Origin: an uncultured Holophagae bacterium
GTDB taxonomy: Bacteria > Acidobacteriota > Thermoanaerobaculia > Thermoanaerobaculales > Sulfomarinibacteraceae
Length of the DNA: 64,000 nucleotides
Direction: 5' to 3'
NCBI GenBank assembly: GCA_963797055.1
Contig: CAWCOD010000005.1
Location: 189,995-253,994, forward strand
Shown: one piece after another, positions 44,113 through 52,803 of the stretch
How positions within the stretch are numbered: position 1 is the stretch's first letter
Layout of the letters: each line of letters starts with the position of its first letter
Made by a program: the position numbers and the translations under genes
The notes under the pieces: model-generated
Database searches by the model: none
What the model saw: the letters and a program-made list of their open reading frames with translations, nothing else
What the model was told of the DNA's origin: nothing

Positions 44113-45594
44113 TTAACGTGTTCGTTGTACCGCGGCGAGCATGGCCGCTTTGGGTGGCAGCCGGGTCGTGAAGGCCGCGAACTGGGCAAAGCCCTGGTGG
44201 GCCAGCATGCCGCGGCCGTCGACGAAAGTCACTCCCGCGTCCTGAGCCACCAACTCGAGCGGCGTCGGTTGATCGGCGTAGACCATGTCGACCACGGCGG
44301 CGGCGCGGGCCACCTCATCGGCCGGGAACGGACTCTCGCCGTCGGGGTCCGAGCCCAAGGGCGTGGCGTTGACCAGGATGGCATCTTCCGGGACCGGGCC
44401 GCAGCTGCGGGCCGGCTTGACGCCGATGGCCCCGGCCACCTTCGCGGTGTGGCCATCGTCACGACCGCGAATGGCGGCTTCGGCCCCGGCCAGGTGAAGC
44501 CCCACCGCTGCGGCACGGCCGGCGCCTCCCGTTCCCTGGACCACGGCTGCCCGGCCTTCTGGATCGACCCCCGCCGCCATTAATGAACTCACAACGCCAT
44601 CGGCGTCGGTGGTGTCAGCCGCCAACATAGAGGCGCGGAGCACCAGGGTGTTGGACGAACCGCAGCGCTCCACACGGGGCGCCCGGAGCGTGGCCGCGGC
44701 AGCAGCCGCATCCTTGTAGGGCGTGGTCACGGCCCATCCCGAAGCGGGCAATCCAACGCGGTCAAACAGGGTCTCACCGGCAGGTGCGAAGAGCAGAGGA
44801 AGTTCCTCGATGTCCGGCACACTCACCGGTATAAAGAGATAGGGGAGGTCCAGTTCGCGAAATCCGGCTGCGTGCATCACCGGGCTCAGGCTCGAGGTGA
44901 CGTCCCGGCCCACGATGCCGAAAAGGCGCTGCGGAGGGGCTTCGAGGTGACCGGCGATGGCCGTCATCCTGGCAAGCGGCATTTGGCCCGGGGCCGCCGC
45001 GGCATTCTCGCGCCAGGCCGCGAAGGTGATGGGCGAGCCGAGCAACGGCCCGATGATCCTGGTGGGCATGCCCACGACGCCCATGGCGAAGGCGATGATC
45101 CTGCGCCTGTTCCTGCCGGCGGCTGGGAAGAGACTGAGCACGGCCTCCACGTCGGCCAGACGGTTGGCGGTGGGGACGATCTTGAGGTGGCCTGCGGAGC
45201 TGGCCGCCATGGCCGTCGCCAGCTCGAGAAGATCGTGCGGCGTCCCCGCGGGATCGTGCCACGACATCACCATCTGCTCCGGGGCGATGCCGAGTCGCTG
45301 TGCAGCCTCCCGGTCGCGGGCAAATTCCACGTCGATCAGCGCCGCGCCGGAGTCTCGTGCCGAGGCGAGAATGGCGGCCCGTGTTTCTGGATCCACTGCC
45401 CCCGATCCGCCCTCGGTCTCCGACCTGTAGGTGATCAGCACCGGCAGCGGGCAGGCTGCCACAGCCGTCCGGAGATCCAGATCGGGCAGGAGGTCGGCCC
45501 GGATCTCCACAACGGACGCCCCCTCCGGCGGACTGGCAAGGGCAGCGAGCGGATCGTCGGCCACCTCGGGTGTCAGGGTCACGATGGGTTCCAT
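44113..45594 (-). CDS. Bifunctional 3-dehydroquinate dehydratase (type I) / shikimate dehydrogenase
   Basis: N-terminal AroD-like region (VVEIRADLL..., LIDVE). C-terminal AroE-like region (LFGIVGRDVTSSLSPVMHAAGF, TTPYKDAA, VQGTGGAGRAAA Rossmann). Confidence 0.8.
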   Translation of the reverse strand: MEPIVTLTPEVADDPLAALASPPEGASVVEIRADLLPDLDLRTAVAACPLPVLITYRSETEGGSGAVDPETRAAILASARDSGAALIDVEFARDREAAQRLGIAPEQMVMSWHDPAGTPHDLLELATAMAASSAGHLKIVPTANRLADVEAVLSLFPAAGRNRRRIIAFAMGVVGMPTRIIGPLLGSPITFAAWRENAAAAPGQMPLARMTAIAGHLEAPPQRLFGIVGRDVTSSLSPVMHAAGFRELDLPYLFIPVSVPDIEELPLLFAPAGETLFDRVGLPASGWAVTTPYKDAAAAAATLRAPRVERCGSSNTLVLRASMLAADTTDADGVVSSLMAAGVDPEGRAAVVQGTGGAGRAAAVGLHLAGAEAAIRGRDDGHTAKVAGAIGVKPARSCGPVPEDAILVNATPLGSDPDGESPFPADEVARAAAVVDMVYADQPTPLELVAQDAGVTFVDGRGMLAHQGFAQFAAFTTRLPPKAAMLAAVQRTR

Positions 45595-45610
45595 GGGCGC
45601 AGAGTAGCAG

Positions 45611-45687
45611 CCCCCACCCGTTCATTACGAATTACGAATTGCGAATTTTTACGAATTGCGGACTTTGGGTTGCAGATTGCAGATTGT
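45611..45687. repeat. C-box plus heptamer arrays (attacga / gcgaatt / gcagatt)
   Basis: cccccaccc; cattacgaattacgaattgcgaatttttacgaattgcg...ttgcagattgcagattg. Confidence 0.85.
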
Positions 45688-45739
45688 CGCCACCGAGGAC
45701 TTTGATATCGAAAGTTGAAACGGGGTGCTTGGGCGGGGC

Positions 45740-45768
45740 AAAAAAATTGGCTCCGGGGCAGGAGCCAA
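45740..45768 (-). terminator. Candidate rho-independent terminator (minus strand)
   Basis: The minus strand reads TTGGCTCC-tgcccc-GGAGCCAA followed by TTTTTTT. The A-runs on both sides could make it bidirectional. Confidence 0.4.
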
Positions 45769-45873
45769 AAAAGGAGGAGTGTGATGAAGGTCGTTGTTGA
45801 TGGTCCGGCGTTGACGCCGGTACTCGTGCCTTCAAGGGTGTATACGGTTGCAGGGGCGGATTGGTTACAGAAC

Positions 45874-46185
45874 AGGGTATGGAAGGTATGGCAAGTGTGG
45901 AGGGTGTGGAAATTGTCAAAGATGAACGTTGAACGTTACACGTTAAACGTTTGCCCCCCCCCAAAAAAAACACCTCAACCGAAGCAAGGGGGCGGGATGG
46001 GCGGGCGTGCCGTCCTCACGCGCTCCGAGAACGCGCTCACCCGGTGCCAGGCACCGTCGAACTCGCATCGGAGTACGAGATCTATACATCTGCGGCGGTG
46101 CCTGGCACCGACATGGAGATCGGAATACGAGGGTGGCTCCCTCGGGGAGCGCGGTTGGGAGATAGGCGCGTCGAAATCAGCGAAT
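45874..46185 (+). repeat. Composite: ggtatgga/gtgtgga units, ACGTT array, C9A8 tract, and GGTGCCAGGCACC cassette (copy B2) between the same 5' and 3' boxes as the A elements
   Basis: acgttgaacgttacacgttaaacgtt at 45926-45951. 5' box ggcgggatgggcgggcgtgcc; arms ccggtgccaggcaccgtcgaa (46041-46061) / gcggtgcctggcaccgaca (46096-46114); 3' box ggtggctccctcggggagcgcggttgggagataggcgcg. Confidence 0.8.
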
Positions 46186-46256
46186 CGAAGCGCGGCCACG
46201 GGCTGCATGGGCTGGGATCCTTGAGGTTGATCCTCCAGTGTTTCCTGACACCAGTT

Positions 46257-46505
46257 TCAGCGGTCCGGGGCCCGGCTCCGGACTCGAACGCTTTTGATGA
46301 GCGCCACCGACATCACCACCGAAGCGATGCCCAACGCGATGGTGACCACCACGCGGTATGTGGGCGCTGGGGTCGTCAGAACCAGCCGGAGGTACTCGAC
46401 AAAAAGACCGCAGGCAAGGGCGGTGACGACCCATTGTGGCCACAACGGTACGCCCAAAAGACTCCATCTGCCCATCTTTGACCCCCAGGAGAACGGCTCC
46501 AGCAT
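46257..46505 (-). CDS. Small hypothetical membrane protein (two predicted TM helices)
   Basis: WPQWVVTALACGLFVEYLRLVL and YRVVVTIALGIASVVMSVALI. No family I recognise, so coding status is uncertain. ATG 46475 is possible. Confidence 0.35.
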   Translation of the reverse strand: MLEPFSWGSKMGRWSLLGVPLWPQWVVTALACGLFVEYLRLVLTTPAPTYRVVVTIALGIASVVMSVALIKSVRVRSRAPDR

Positions 46506-46657
46506 TTCATCGAGTTACGTGGGACGCGACCGAGGGGTTGCATCGCGCCGGTCCCTTTCAACCCCGTAACTTGAAACTTCCAAACCTGAACCATCCGCTC
46601 GGGCACGGAGACGGAGACGGGCGTGGAGACGGGTTCAGGTTCCGCGAACTGAGGGTC

Positions 46658-47842
46658 TCAATCTGTTGGGGGTGGCTCGAACGCCGGAATCCCAGTCAAA
46701 TAGTGGCCCAGCACCAGGGTGTGGATGTCGTGCGTTCCCTCGTAGGTGACGACGGTTTCCAGGTTCATGAGGTGCCGCATGATGGGGTACTCGTTGACGA
46801 TGCCGTTGGCGCCGTGAATCTCGCGCGCGGTCCTGGCGCACTCGCGGGCGACCCAGACGTTGTTGCGTTTGGCCAGCGAGACCGCCTCGTGGCCGGCCCG
46901 GCCGCCTTCCTTGAGACGGCCGAGTTGGAGCACCAGCAGCTGGCCCTTGACGATCTCGGAGTACATGTCGGCCAGCTTCTGCTGTTGGATCTGGTGGGCC
47001 GCGATGGGTTGCCCCGAAAACTGGATCCGGCTGGTGGCGTAGTCCAGCGCCGCGGAGAAGGTGGCCATGGCTGAACCGAGGGCGCCCCAGGCGATGCCGT
47101 AGCGGGCCTGGTTGAGGCACATGAGTGCGTTCTTGAGCCCGGTGGTGCCGGGAAGAACGTTCTCCGCCGGGATCCGGCAGTCCTCAAAGACCAGTTGCGA
47201 GGTGACCGAGGCCCGCAGCGAGTACTTGCCCTTGTGCTCCACGGTAGAGAAGCCGGGGCGGCCGGCCTCCACGAGAAAGCCGCGGATCCCGTCGGGAGTT
47301 CTGGCCCACACCACCGCCACATCGGCGATGGAGCCGTTGGTGATCCACGCCTTCTCGCCGTTGAGCAGCCATCCGTCGCCATCGGGTTCGGCGCGGGTCC
47401 GCATGCCGCCCGGGTTGGAGCCGAAGTCGGGTTCGGTGAGCCCGAAGCAGCCCACCGCCTCACCGCCGGCCAGGGCCGGGATCCAGCGATCCCGTTGTGC
47501 GTCGCTGCCCCACTGGAGGATTGGGAACATCACCAGACTGGTCTGTACCGAGACAAAGGACCGAAGGGCCGAGTCGCCGCGCTCGAGTTCCTGGTTGATC
47601 AGGCCGTAAGCGACGGGCCCCAGCCCCGGCAGGTCATAGGCATCGTACGGCGCGCCGAGAAGGTCGAGTGAGGCCATCTCGGACACCAATTCCCGGGGGA
47701 AGACACAGTCCCAGGCCCACTGTTCGATGTGCGGCAGAATGCGCTGCTCGACCCAATTTCGGACCGCGTCGCGGACCCGGCGTTCGTCTTCGGTCAGCAG
47801 ATCGTCAACGTGGTACAGATCGAAGTTGTCATAGCGTCGCAT
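46658..47842 (-). CDS. gcdH: Acyl-CoA dehydrogenase, glutaryl-CoA dehydrogenase-like
   Basis: GCFGLTEPDFGSNPGGMRTRA, WITNGSIADVAVVWA, YEGTHDIHTLVLG. ATG 47842 follows GAGGGAGAG. Confidence 0.85.
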   Translation of the reverse strand: MRRYDNFDLYHVDDLLTEDERRVRDAVRNWVEQRILPHIEQWAWDCVFPRELVSEMASLDLLGAPYDAYDLPGLGPVAYGLINQELERGDSALRSFVSVQTSLVMFPILQWGSDAQRDRWIPALAGGEAVGCFGLTEPDFGSNPGGMRTRAEPDGDGWLLNGEKAWITNGSIADVAVVWARTPDGIRGFLVEAGRPGFSTVEHKGKYSLRASVTSQLVFEDCRIPAENVLPGTTGLKNALMCLNQARYGIAWGALGSAMATFSAALDYATSRIQFSGQPIAAHQIQQQKLADMYSEIVKGQLLVLQLGRLKEGGRAGHEAVSLAKRNNVWVARECARTAREIHGANGIVNEYPIMRHLMNLETVVTYEGTHDIHTLVLGHYLTGIPAFEPPPTD

Positions 47843-47921
47843 GAACTCTCCCTCGGTATGCCCAACGAGCACCGGTGGCGTCAGATTTCGTCAGCCGGGC
47901 CGATCGAGGTAACATCAGTCT

Positions 47922-49073
47922 GTGGAACGATTCTGGACCGCGGCCGGAGGATGGTACCACGCTGTTCTGCTGGCGGTTCTGCCCTGGTGCGCGGCACTGC
48001 GGCCGCAGTGGGCGCCGGCGGTCGCAGGATTGCTGGTGGTGCTCGTTCTCATTACCGGGCGTCCGCGCTGTGAAGGCCCCTGGCCATGGACGGCGGTTGC
48101 AGCGTCGTCACTGGTTCTCATCGTCACGCACGGCGACTGGGACACAGCCGCCGGCTGGTTGTTGGTGGCCGCTGTGGTGGCCGGGCTCACCTGGATCGGT
48201 TCGAAGCGGTCGTGGCTGGACACGAGGGCCGCGTTACTGGTGGGACTCACGGCGTGGGCCGTGGCCTTCGTGGTCAAACCCGATCTGCTGATCCACGGTG
48301 GGAGTTGGCTGGCACCTGCGGTTCTGCTGGCTGCAGCCCGGCAGGCAGTCATCGCCACGGTGGGGTGGCGCGCCGTTGGAGGAGTCTTGCAGCCGCCGAG
48401 CCGAGAGGTCCGCGGCACGCTCAGCCTGCGGTCGGTGGTGGCCACCGGCCCTGACGGATTACCCAAGACCGTACCCCTCGACCTCGAACTTCGCGCCGGC
48501 CGATCGCTGGCGGTGCTCTGCGACTCGGTCGACGATGGCGAGGCTCTCCTCGCCGTCTTTTCGGGCCGCCGTCCATCGGCGGCGGGGTCGGTGGCGGTGG
48601 ACGGGACGGCTCTCAAACCCGGTGATCGGCTGGTGGCGGTGGTGGCTCTGGGCGAGCCCTTTGTGGCGGGCGACCTGGAAATGAACCTCTCGGTACTGTG
48701 CGACGAGTTCCCCGACCGCGACACCATTGTCGCCGTGGTGGACGCCTGTTCCTTGGCCGAGGCCGTGGATCATCTGGGAGGAGGTGCCATGGCGGTGGAT
48801 GGGGCCCCGCTCACCACCCCGGAACGACTTCACGTGGTCGCGGCGCGGATTCTCCCGTCGAACTACCGGGTGATGGTCGTGCTCGATCCCATGCCGTGGT
48901 CCAATGCGGTTCGCGGCGAGCTCTGGAGATCCACTGTTGTCCGTGCCTCCGTGGGACGGACCGCGGTGTGGATTACGGCGGATCGCGGCCTGGCGGAACG
49001 GGCCGATGACGTGGTGGCCTTCCGAAACGGAGCCCTCCGTGCGTTGGATCGCACCGTCGGGCACGGCATGTAG
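47922..49073 (+). CDS. Membrane protein with a C-terminal ABC-ATPase-like domain lacking all catalytic motifs
   Basis: GTG start, ~5 N-terminal TM helices. The C-terminal domain follows ABC NBD order, but Walker A reads CDSVDDGEA, the signature reads PLTTPE, Walker B reads VMVVLDP and the H-loop reads ITAD. Confidence 0.6.
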   Translation: MERFWTAAGGWYHAVLLAVLPWCAALRPQWAPAVAGLLVVLVLITGRPRCEGPWPWTAVAASSLVLIVTHGDWDTAAGWLLVAAVVAGLTWIGSKRSWLDTRAALLVGLTAWAVAFVVKPDLLIHGGSWLAPAVLLAAARQAVIATVGWRAVGGVLQPPSREVRGTLSLRSVVATGPDGLPKTVPLDLELRAGRSLAVLCDSVDDGEALLAVFSGRRPSAAGSVAVDGTALKPGDRLVAVVALGEPFVAGDLEMNLSVLCDEFPDRDTIVAVVDACSLAEAVDHLGGGAMAVDGAPLTTPERLHVVAARILPSNYRVMVVLDPMPWSNAVRGELWRSTVVRASVGRTAVWITADRGLAERADDVVAFRNGALRALDRTVGHGM

Positions 49074-49126
49074 TGTAGGATACACAGACAGAACGAGCCT
49101 CGGAAGGTGTTGGAGGGGATGCAGTT

Positions 49127-49405
49127 ATGGGCCAGTACATGGGGGGATCGGCACCCGCGATGGCGAGGCAGATCTGTGACGGATACATTCTACTGTCGCC
49201 GGTCATCCTGAAGCGCTTGGACGTCAGTCAGATGGAACAGCTGCAATTCGAGATGGACAAACGTCTCCGCGAGACCCGCGGCGAGGCGATGGACCTCGAG
49301 GACCAGGAGGGGTTGCAGCAGCGAAATCGGAGGCTCTCCCGAATCGAAGGCGGGCTGCGTACCCTCCGCCACGCGATGCAGCAGAAGCGCATGGGCCGTC
49401 TGTGA
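49127..49405 (+). CDS. Small hypothetical protein (coiled-coil-like)
   Basis: 92-aa ORF. Its stop overlaps the next gene's GTG (GTGA), which suggests translational coupling. Confidence 0.45.
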   Translation: MGQYMGGSAPAMARQICDGYILLSPVILKRLDVSQMEQLQFEMDKRLRETRGEAMDLEDQEGLQQRNRRLSRIEGGLRTLRHAMQQKRMGRL

Positions 49406-50295
49406 TTCGGCCCTCCAGCTGCGGCAGCGGCTGGGAGGCGCTTCGCGGAGACCCCCTGCCTTGGCTGTTGGATGAGCATCGACCGAACCTCCACTGGCGG
49501 GTTCTCGTGGAGCTGGTTGGCCGGCCGGTGGACAGCCCGGCGGTGCGTCGAGCCCGGGGAGGTGCCAGCGCGGCGCAGCCCGTGGCAACCCTTCTCGAGG
49601 ATCTCCAGCCCGACGGAACGTGGGCGACGGCCATCAGCCCATGGCGACGTTACGGTGGTCCGGGATGGCGGTTTGTCACCGCCGTCTCCTGGGGTGCCGA
49701 CCCGACCGATCCCAGGCTCGGGACCGCGGCACAGAGGTTTCTGGAGGAGTCATCGGGCGAGGGGGGATTCTCGACCAGCCAAGGCCGGCAACCGTCACCA
49801 TTGGTGACAGCTCGTTTTGTGCAGGCTCTGGCGGCGATCGGATTCGGCCATCACCTCAGGGTCCAGGAAGCGCTGGCCTGGTTCGAGGAGGAGTCTTCGG
49901 CGTGGCCGGAGCGCGGGTCTGTTCGGGCGGTGGTGGCTGCTGCGCTGCTCGAGGCCGTGGCCACGATCGAGCCGCGGCGTCGCCGCCTGCAGCGGCGTCT
50001 CCTCGACGCTCTGGAGTCCGCGGTTCGGGGCCACGGCAGGGCATTCTCTTCACTGGGATTCCCGAACCTAGGCCGGACCGATTTGGGAGAGATATTCGCT
50101 GCGCTGGCCCTCGGCGGGACGCCCTATGCGCGATGGATGGAGGCGCCGCTGACGCGTTTGCAGCGGCTCCAGCAGGACGGTGGACGTTGGCCCCGAAACC
50201 ACCCGCGCCCGGTCTCGCTGCCGATCCCGGCCGCGTGCCGAGGACACCGTGGTGATCTCTGCCGATGGCTCACGTTCGAGCCGTGGTCGCCATGA
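49402..50295 (+). CDS. Hypothetical protein, possibly alpha/alpha-toroid (prenyltransferase/terpene-cyclase-like repeats)
   Basis: Recurring LQPDGTWA / GEGGFS / QQDGGRWP segments resemble the DGGW-type repeats of that fold. The functional call is weak. Confidence 0.45.
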   Translation: MIRPSSCGSGWEALRGDPLPWLLDEHRPNLHWRVLVELVGRPVDSPAVRRARGGASAAQPVATLLEDLQPDGTWATAISPWRRYGGPGWRFVTAVSWGADPTDPRLGTAAQRFLEESSGEGGFSTSQGRQPSPLVTARFVQALAAIGFGHHLRVQEALAWFEEESSAWPERGSVRAVVAAALLEAVATIEPRRRRLQRRLLDALESAVRGHGRAFSSLGFPNLGRTDLGEIFAALALGGTPYARWMEAPLTRLQRLQQDGGRWPRNHPRPVSLPIPAACRGHRGDLCRWLTFEPWSP

Positions 50296-50420
50296 ATTCC
50301 TATGCCGCAGACGCCGGGCTGCCCAGGTTCTTCCCACAGAAACCGGAATAGGGTCTGAGGCTGGAAGTTACGAGTTTGACGTTAAACGTTAGGTTCATCC
50401 GGGATTCCGTGAGATGGACA

Positions 50421-50592
50421 GTGGTTGAATTCGGAATTTGAAGACCCCGCCCACCCGGAGCGTGAGGGCGCGATAGGCGGGTGTGCCACTTTTGACATTG
50501 TTCGGGTCCTCATCGCTGAAAAATCTGAGACTGGGGTCCGAACAATGTCAAGGGTGGCAACCTCGGGAAGCGCGTGGGGAAAATCGGCGCGA
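50421..50592 (+). repeat. Composite intergenic element, copy A3
   Basis: gttgaattcggaatttgaaga; core 50446-50592 with stem ttgacattgttcggg (50492-50506) / ccgaacaatgtcaa (50538-50551). Confidence 0.85.
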
Positions 50593-50654
50593 CGGCGCTG
50601 TGCAGTGGATTCAGTCGCGAACCTGAAAGTACTTGGAGGACCTGCGGAAAGCAT

Positions 50655-51618
50655 TTAGTGCCGGGAGGGCTCGACGTCAAGGGGTAGTTGCGGGTCGGGT
50701 CCAGAAACCGTGGTGGTGATCCTCAGGATGGCGCCGATCAGGAGCGCAGCGCCCACCCACTGCCACCCGCCGAGCACCGAGCCGTTGATGAGGTAGTCGA
50801 AGACTACGGCCGACAGCGGAAGACAGAGTTCGCAGATTGCGGCCACGCTGGCCTTGACCCGGGTGAGCCCGTAGTAATACAGAAAGAGGGCCCCGCTGCC
50901 GGTGGTCAGCGAAATCACCAGGACAATCATCCATTCTTTTGGCGTGACCTCTGCGAAGGGCAGACCCGCGCCGCTGACGAGGGTATAGCCGAGGGCCATC
51001 ACCGCGGTCATGCCGTAGCGGCCGAAGGTGGCATCCTTGAAGTCGAGCGATCCGAGCAGCTGCTTGCCAAAGACGGTGGCCGAACCGAAGGCCGCCGCTG
51101 CGATCAGGGCCAGGGTTGCCGCCGTGACTGTGCCGTCGCCGGCTGTCACGTCGGGCAGCGCAAGCCCGAAGGCCAGCAGGTAGGCTCCACCGAACGCGAC
51201 GGCGGCCCAGCCGAGGAAACGCCAGGTGTGATCCGTTCCCTCAAAAGCACCGCCGCGAGTGAAATCGCGAACAGTGGCTGCAGCTTCTGCAACAGAACCA
51301 CAACGCTGAGCTGGTCGAAGTTCACCAGGAAGAGCGCTTTGACGATGGCCAGGGTGCCCACCAGGCCACCGGTGAGGGAGACCAACGCGAGGACCCACCA
51401 TCCTCGCCGCTCCATTGCGCCCTGAGGGCCCGCCAGCTTCGTCTCATGAGCGGCAGCATGATGGCGAAGGGCACTGCGTGCAGAAGGAAAACCACGAACG
51501 GGACCGGCAGGCTGATGGAGCCGCGGGGTCAAGACAACCCCGTCGAGACCCCAGGCGATGGCGGACAGACAGATCAGCAGTCCGCCCAGGGTTTGGAACG
51601 GTTGGTTGGCTGTGTCAA
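50655..51618 (-). pseudogene. EamA/DMT-family transporter disrupted by about four frame breaks
   Basis: Family-like TM segments sit in three frames: (TTG 51618) MTQPTNRSKP / LGGLLICLSAIAWGLDGVVLTPRL / SISLPVPFVVFLLHAVPFAIMLPLM / RRGWWVLALVSLTGGLVGTLAIVKALF..LLRERIT / WRFLGWAAVAFGGAYLL...GLTRVKASVAAICELCLPLSAVV. Breaks fall near 51590, 51500, 51415 and 51228. Confidence 0.65.
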
Positions 51619-51637
51619 CGGCAGAGGCCCCGCCGGC

Positions 51638-52487
51638 TCACAGCTCGACGCCAAGGGGGCCCTTCAGTGCCACCGCGATCACCATGGTGAGCAGGAAAAA
51701 GACCACCATCCAGGCGTAGGAGTTCCGGACGCTCCAGCCGCCCAGTGAGACCGTGCCCTCGGGGTACCCCAGGTTGATTTCCTTGATCGAGGTGTCGGTA
51801 GCCAGCGGTGCCTCGGATGGCCATTCCAGCTGGCCGAAAAATGGACCGGTCGGGACGGGTGGGGGAGAGACGAACGATGGAGTCGGTGACCGTCAGTGTC
51901 TTGCCGATGACTTCTTCGCCGAGGTGAAACTCGAGCTCGTAGTCGCCCCAGTTCTCGGCGGCGATTTGCCAACTGAACTCGCCCAGCTCCGGAACCCAGA
52001 CCGCTGGAGTGATGGCGTGCAGGCCATCCGGCAGTTCGAGCTTCAACGGGCGGACGTTCACCGTCCCAACGGTCGCGCCAGTCGGAGTCCATGACCGTCG
52101 TCAACATGGCCTCGCCCCCAGGTTCGATGCCGCTGAATCCGTAGAAGCTGTGGAGCTGGACCATGACCAGCACCAGCGGAGGCAGGATGAAAATCATGGG
52201 AATCAGGGCCAGACCCTGGTAGTGCACCACGTGACGGAGGATTTCACCCTGGGCCCTGATGATCGCCCGGATGTCGTCGTTGAAGAGCCTGATCTCGAAC
52301 AGGCAAGCGTGGATCTTGGACTTGACCGCCGAGATCCGTTCCTGGTTCGAGGTCTTTTTGAAGACCCAGAGGGCGAACAGGGACACGGGTATCGACCAGA
52401 CCACGATTCCCACCAGCGCCGGCAGCCCGCGAAGGGCGCCTGGAGCAGGTCGAAGATGGGACGAAGCAGCGAGTTGATGGTGGACAT
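51638..52487 (-). pseudogene. Membrane protein of unknown family disrupted by about three frame breaks
   Basis: ATG 52487 MSTINSLLRPIFDLLQAPFA / LPALVGIVVWSIPVSLFALWVFKKTS..IRLFNDDIRAIIRAQGEIL..IPMIFILPPLVLVMVQL / NVRPLKLELPDGLHAITPAVWVPELGEFSW..TVTDSIVRLSP / PVPTGPFFGQLEW..GGWSVRNSYAWMVVFFLLTMVIAVALKGPLGVEL, stop at 51638-51640. Breaks fall near 52425, 52075 and 51860. Confidence 0.55.
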
Positions 52488-52496
52488 CAGACCGCT

Positions 52497-52692
52497 CTAC
52501 GACATATAGTCCGAGGCCCTTGAGCCGTTTCTTGATCTCTTCCTCGTCCTCCGCATCCTCGAGCAGGGCGAGCTCTTTTTCGAGGGCGTGCGTGATGAAC
52601 TCCTCGGGCGAGGAGTAGCCGGCGATCTCGGCGTACTTCCGGATCCGATCGACGATGGATTTTTCGAGTTTGACCTTGGTGTATGAAAACAT
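52497..52692 (-). CDS. Small ribbon-helix-helix-like (Arc/MetJ/CopG-like) protein; frame break 4 codons before the likely stop
   Basis: MFSYTKVKLEKSIVDRIRKYAEIAGYSSPEEFITHALEKELALLEDAEDEEEIKKRLKGLG. Skipping one base near 52510 gives ..GLGYMS-stop (TAG 52499-52497). As given, the ORF reads through into the next gene. Confidence 0.5.
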
Positions 52693-52803
52693 CTCAGATT
52701 CCTCTCGTTGTCACGATGTCGCCCCGGTGGCGGGCGCGGGCCGTGGTCTGCCGTGGCCCATGTTCCTTTCGTGTTGTACATGCCGTCTCCCACACTCCGG
52801 TGT

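Noticed and set aside
51638-52692. RHH protein plus downstream gene as a toxin-antitoxin pair
   Set aside because: The downstream product is a ~280-aa polytopic membrane protein, not a small toxin fold, and the pair sits inside the indel-dense block. There is no support for TA function.
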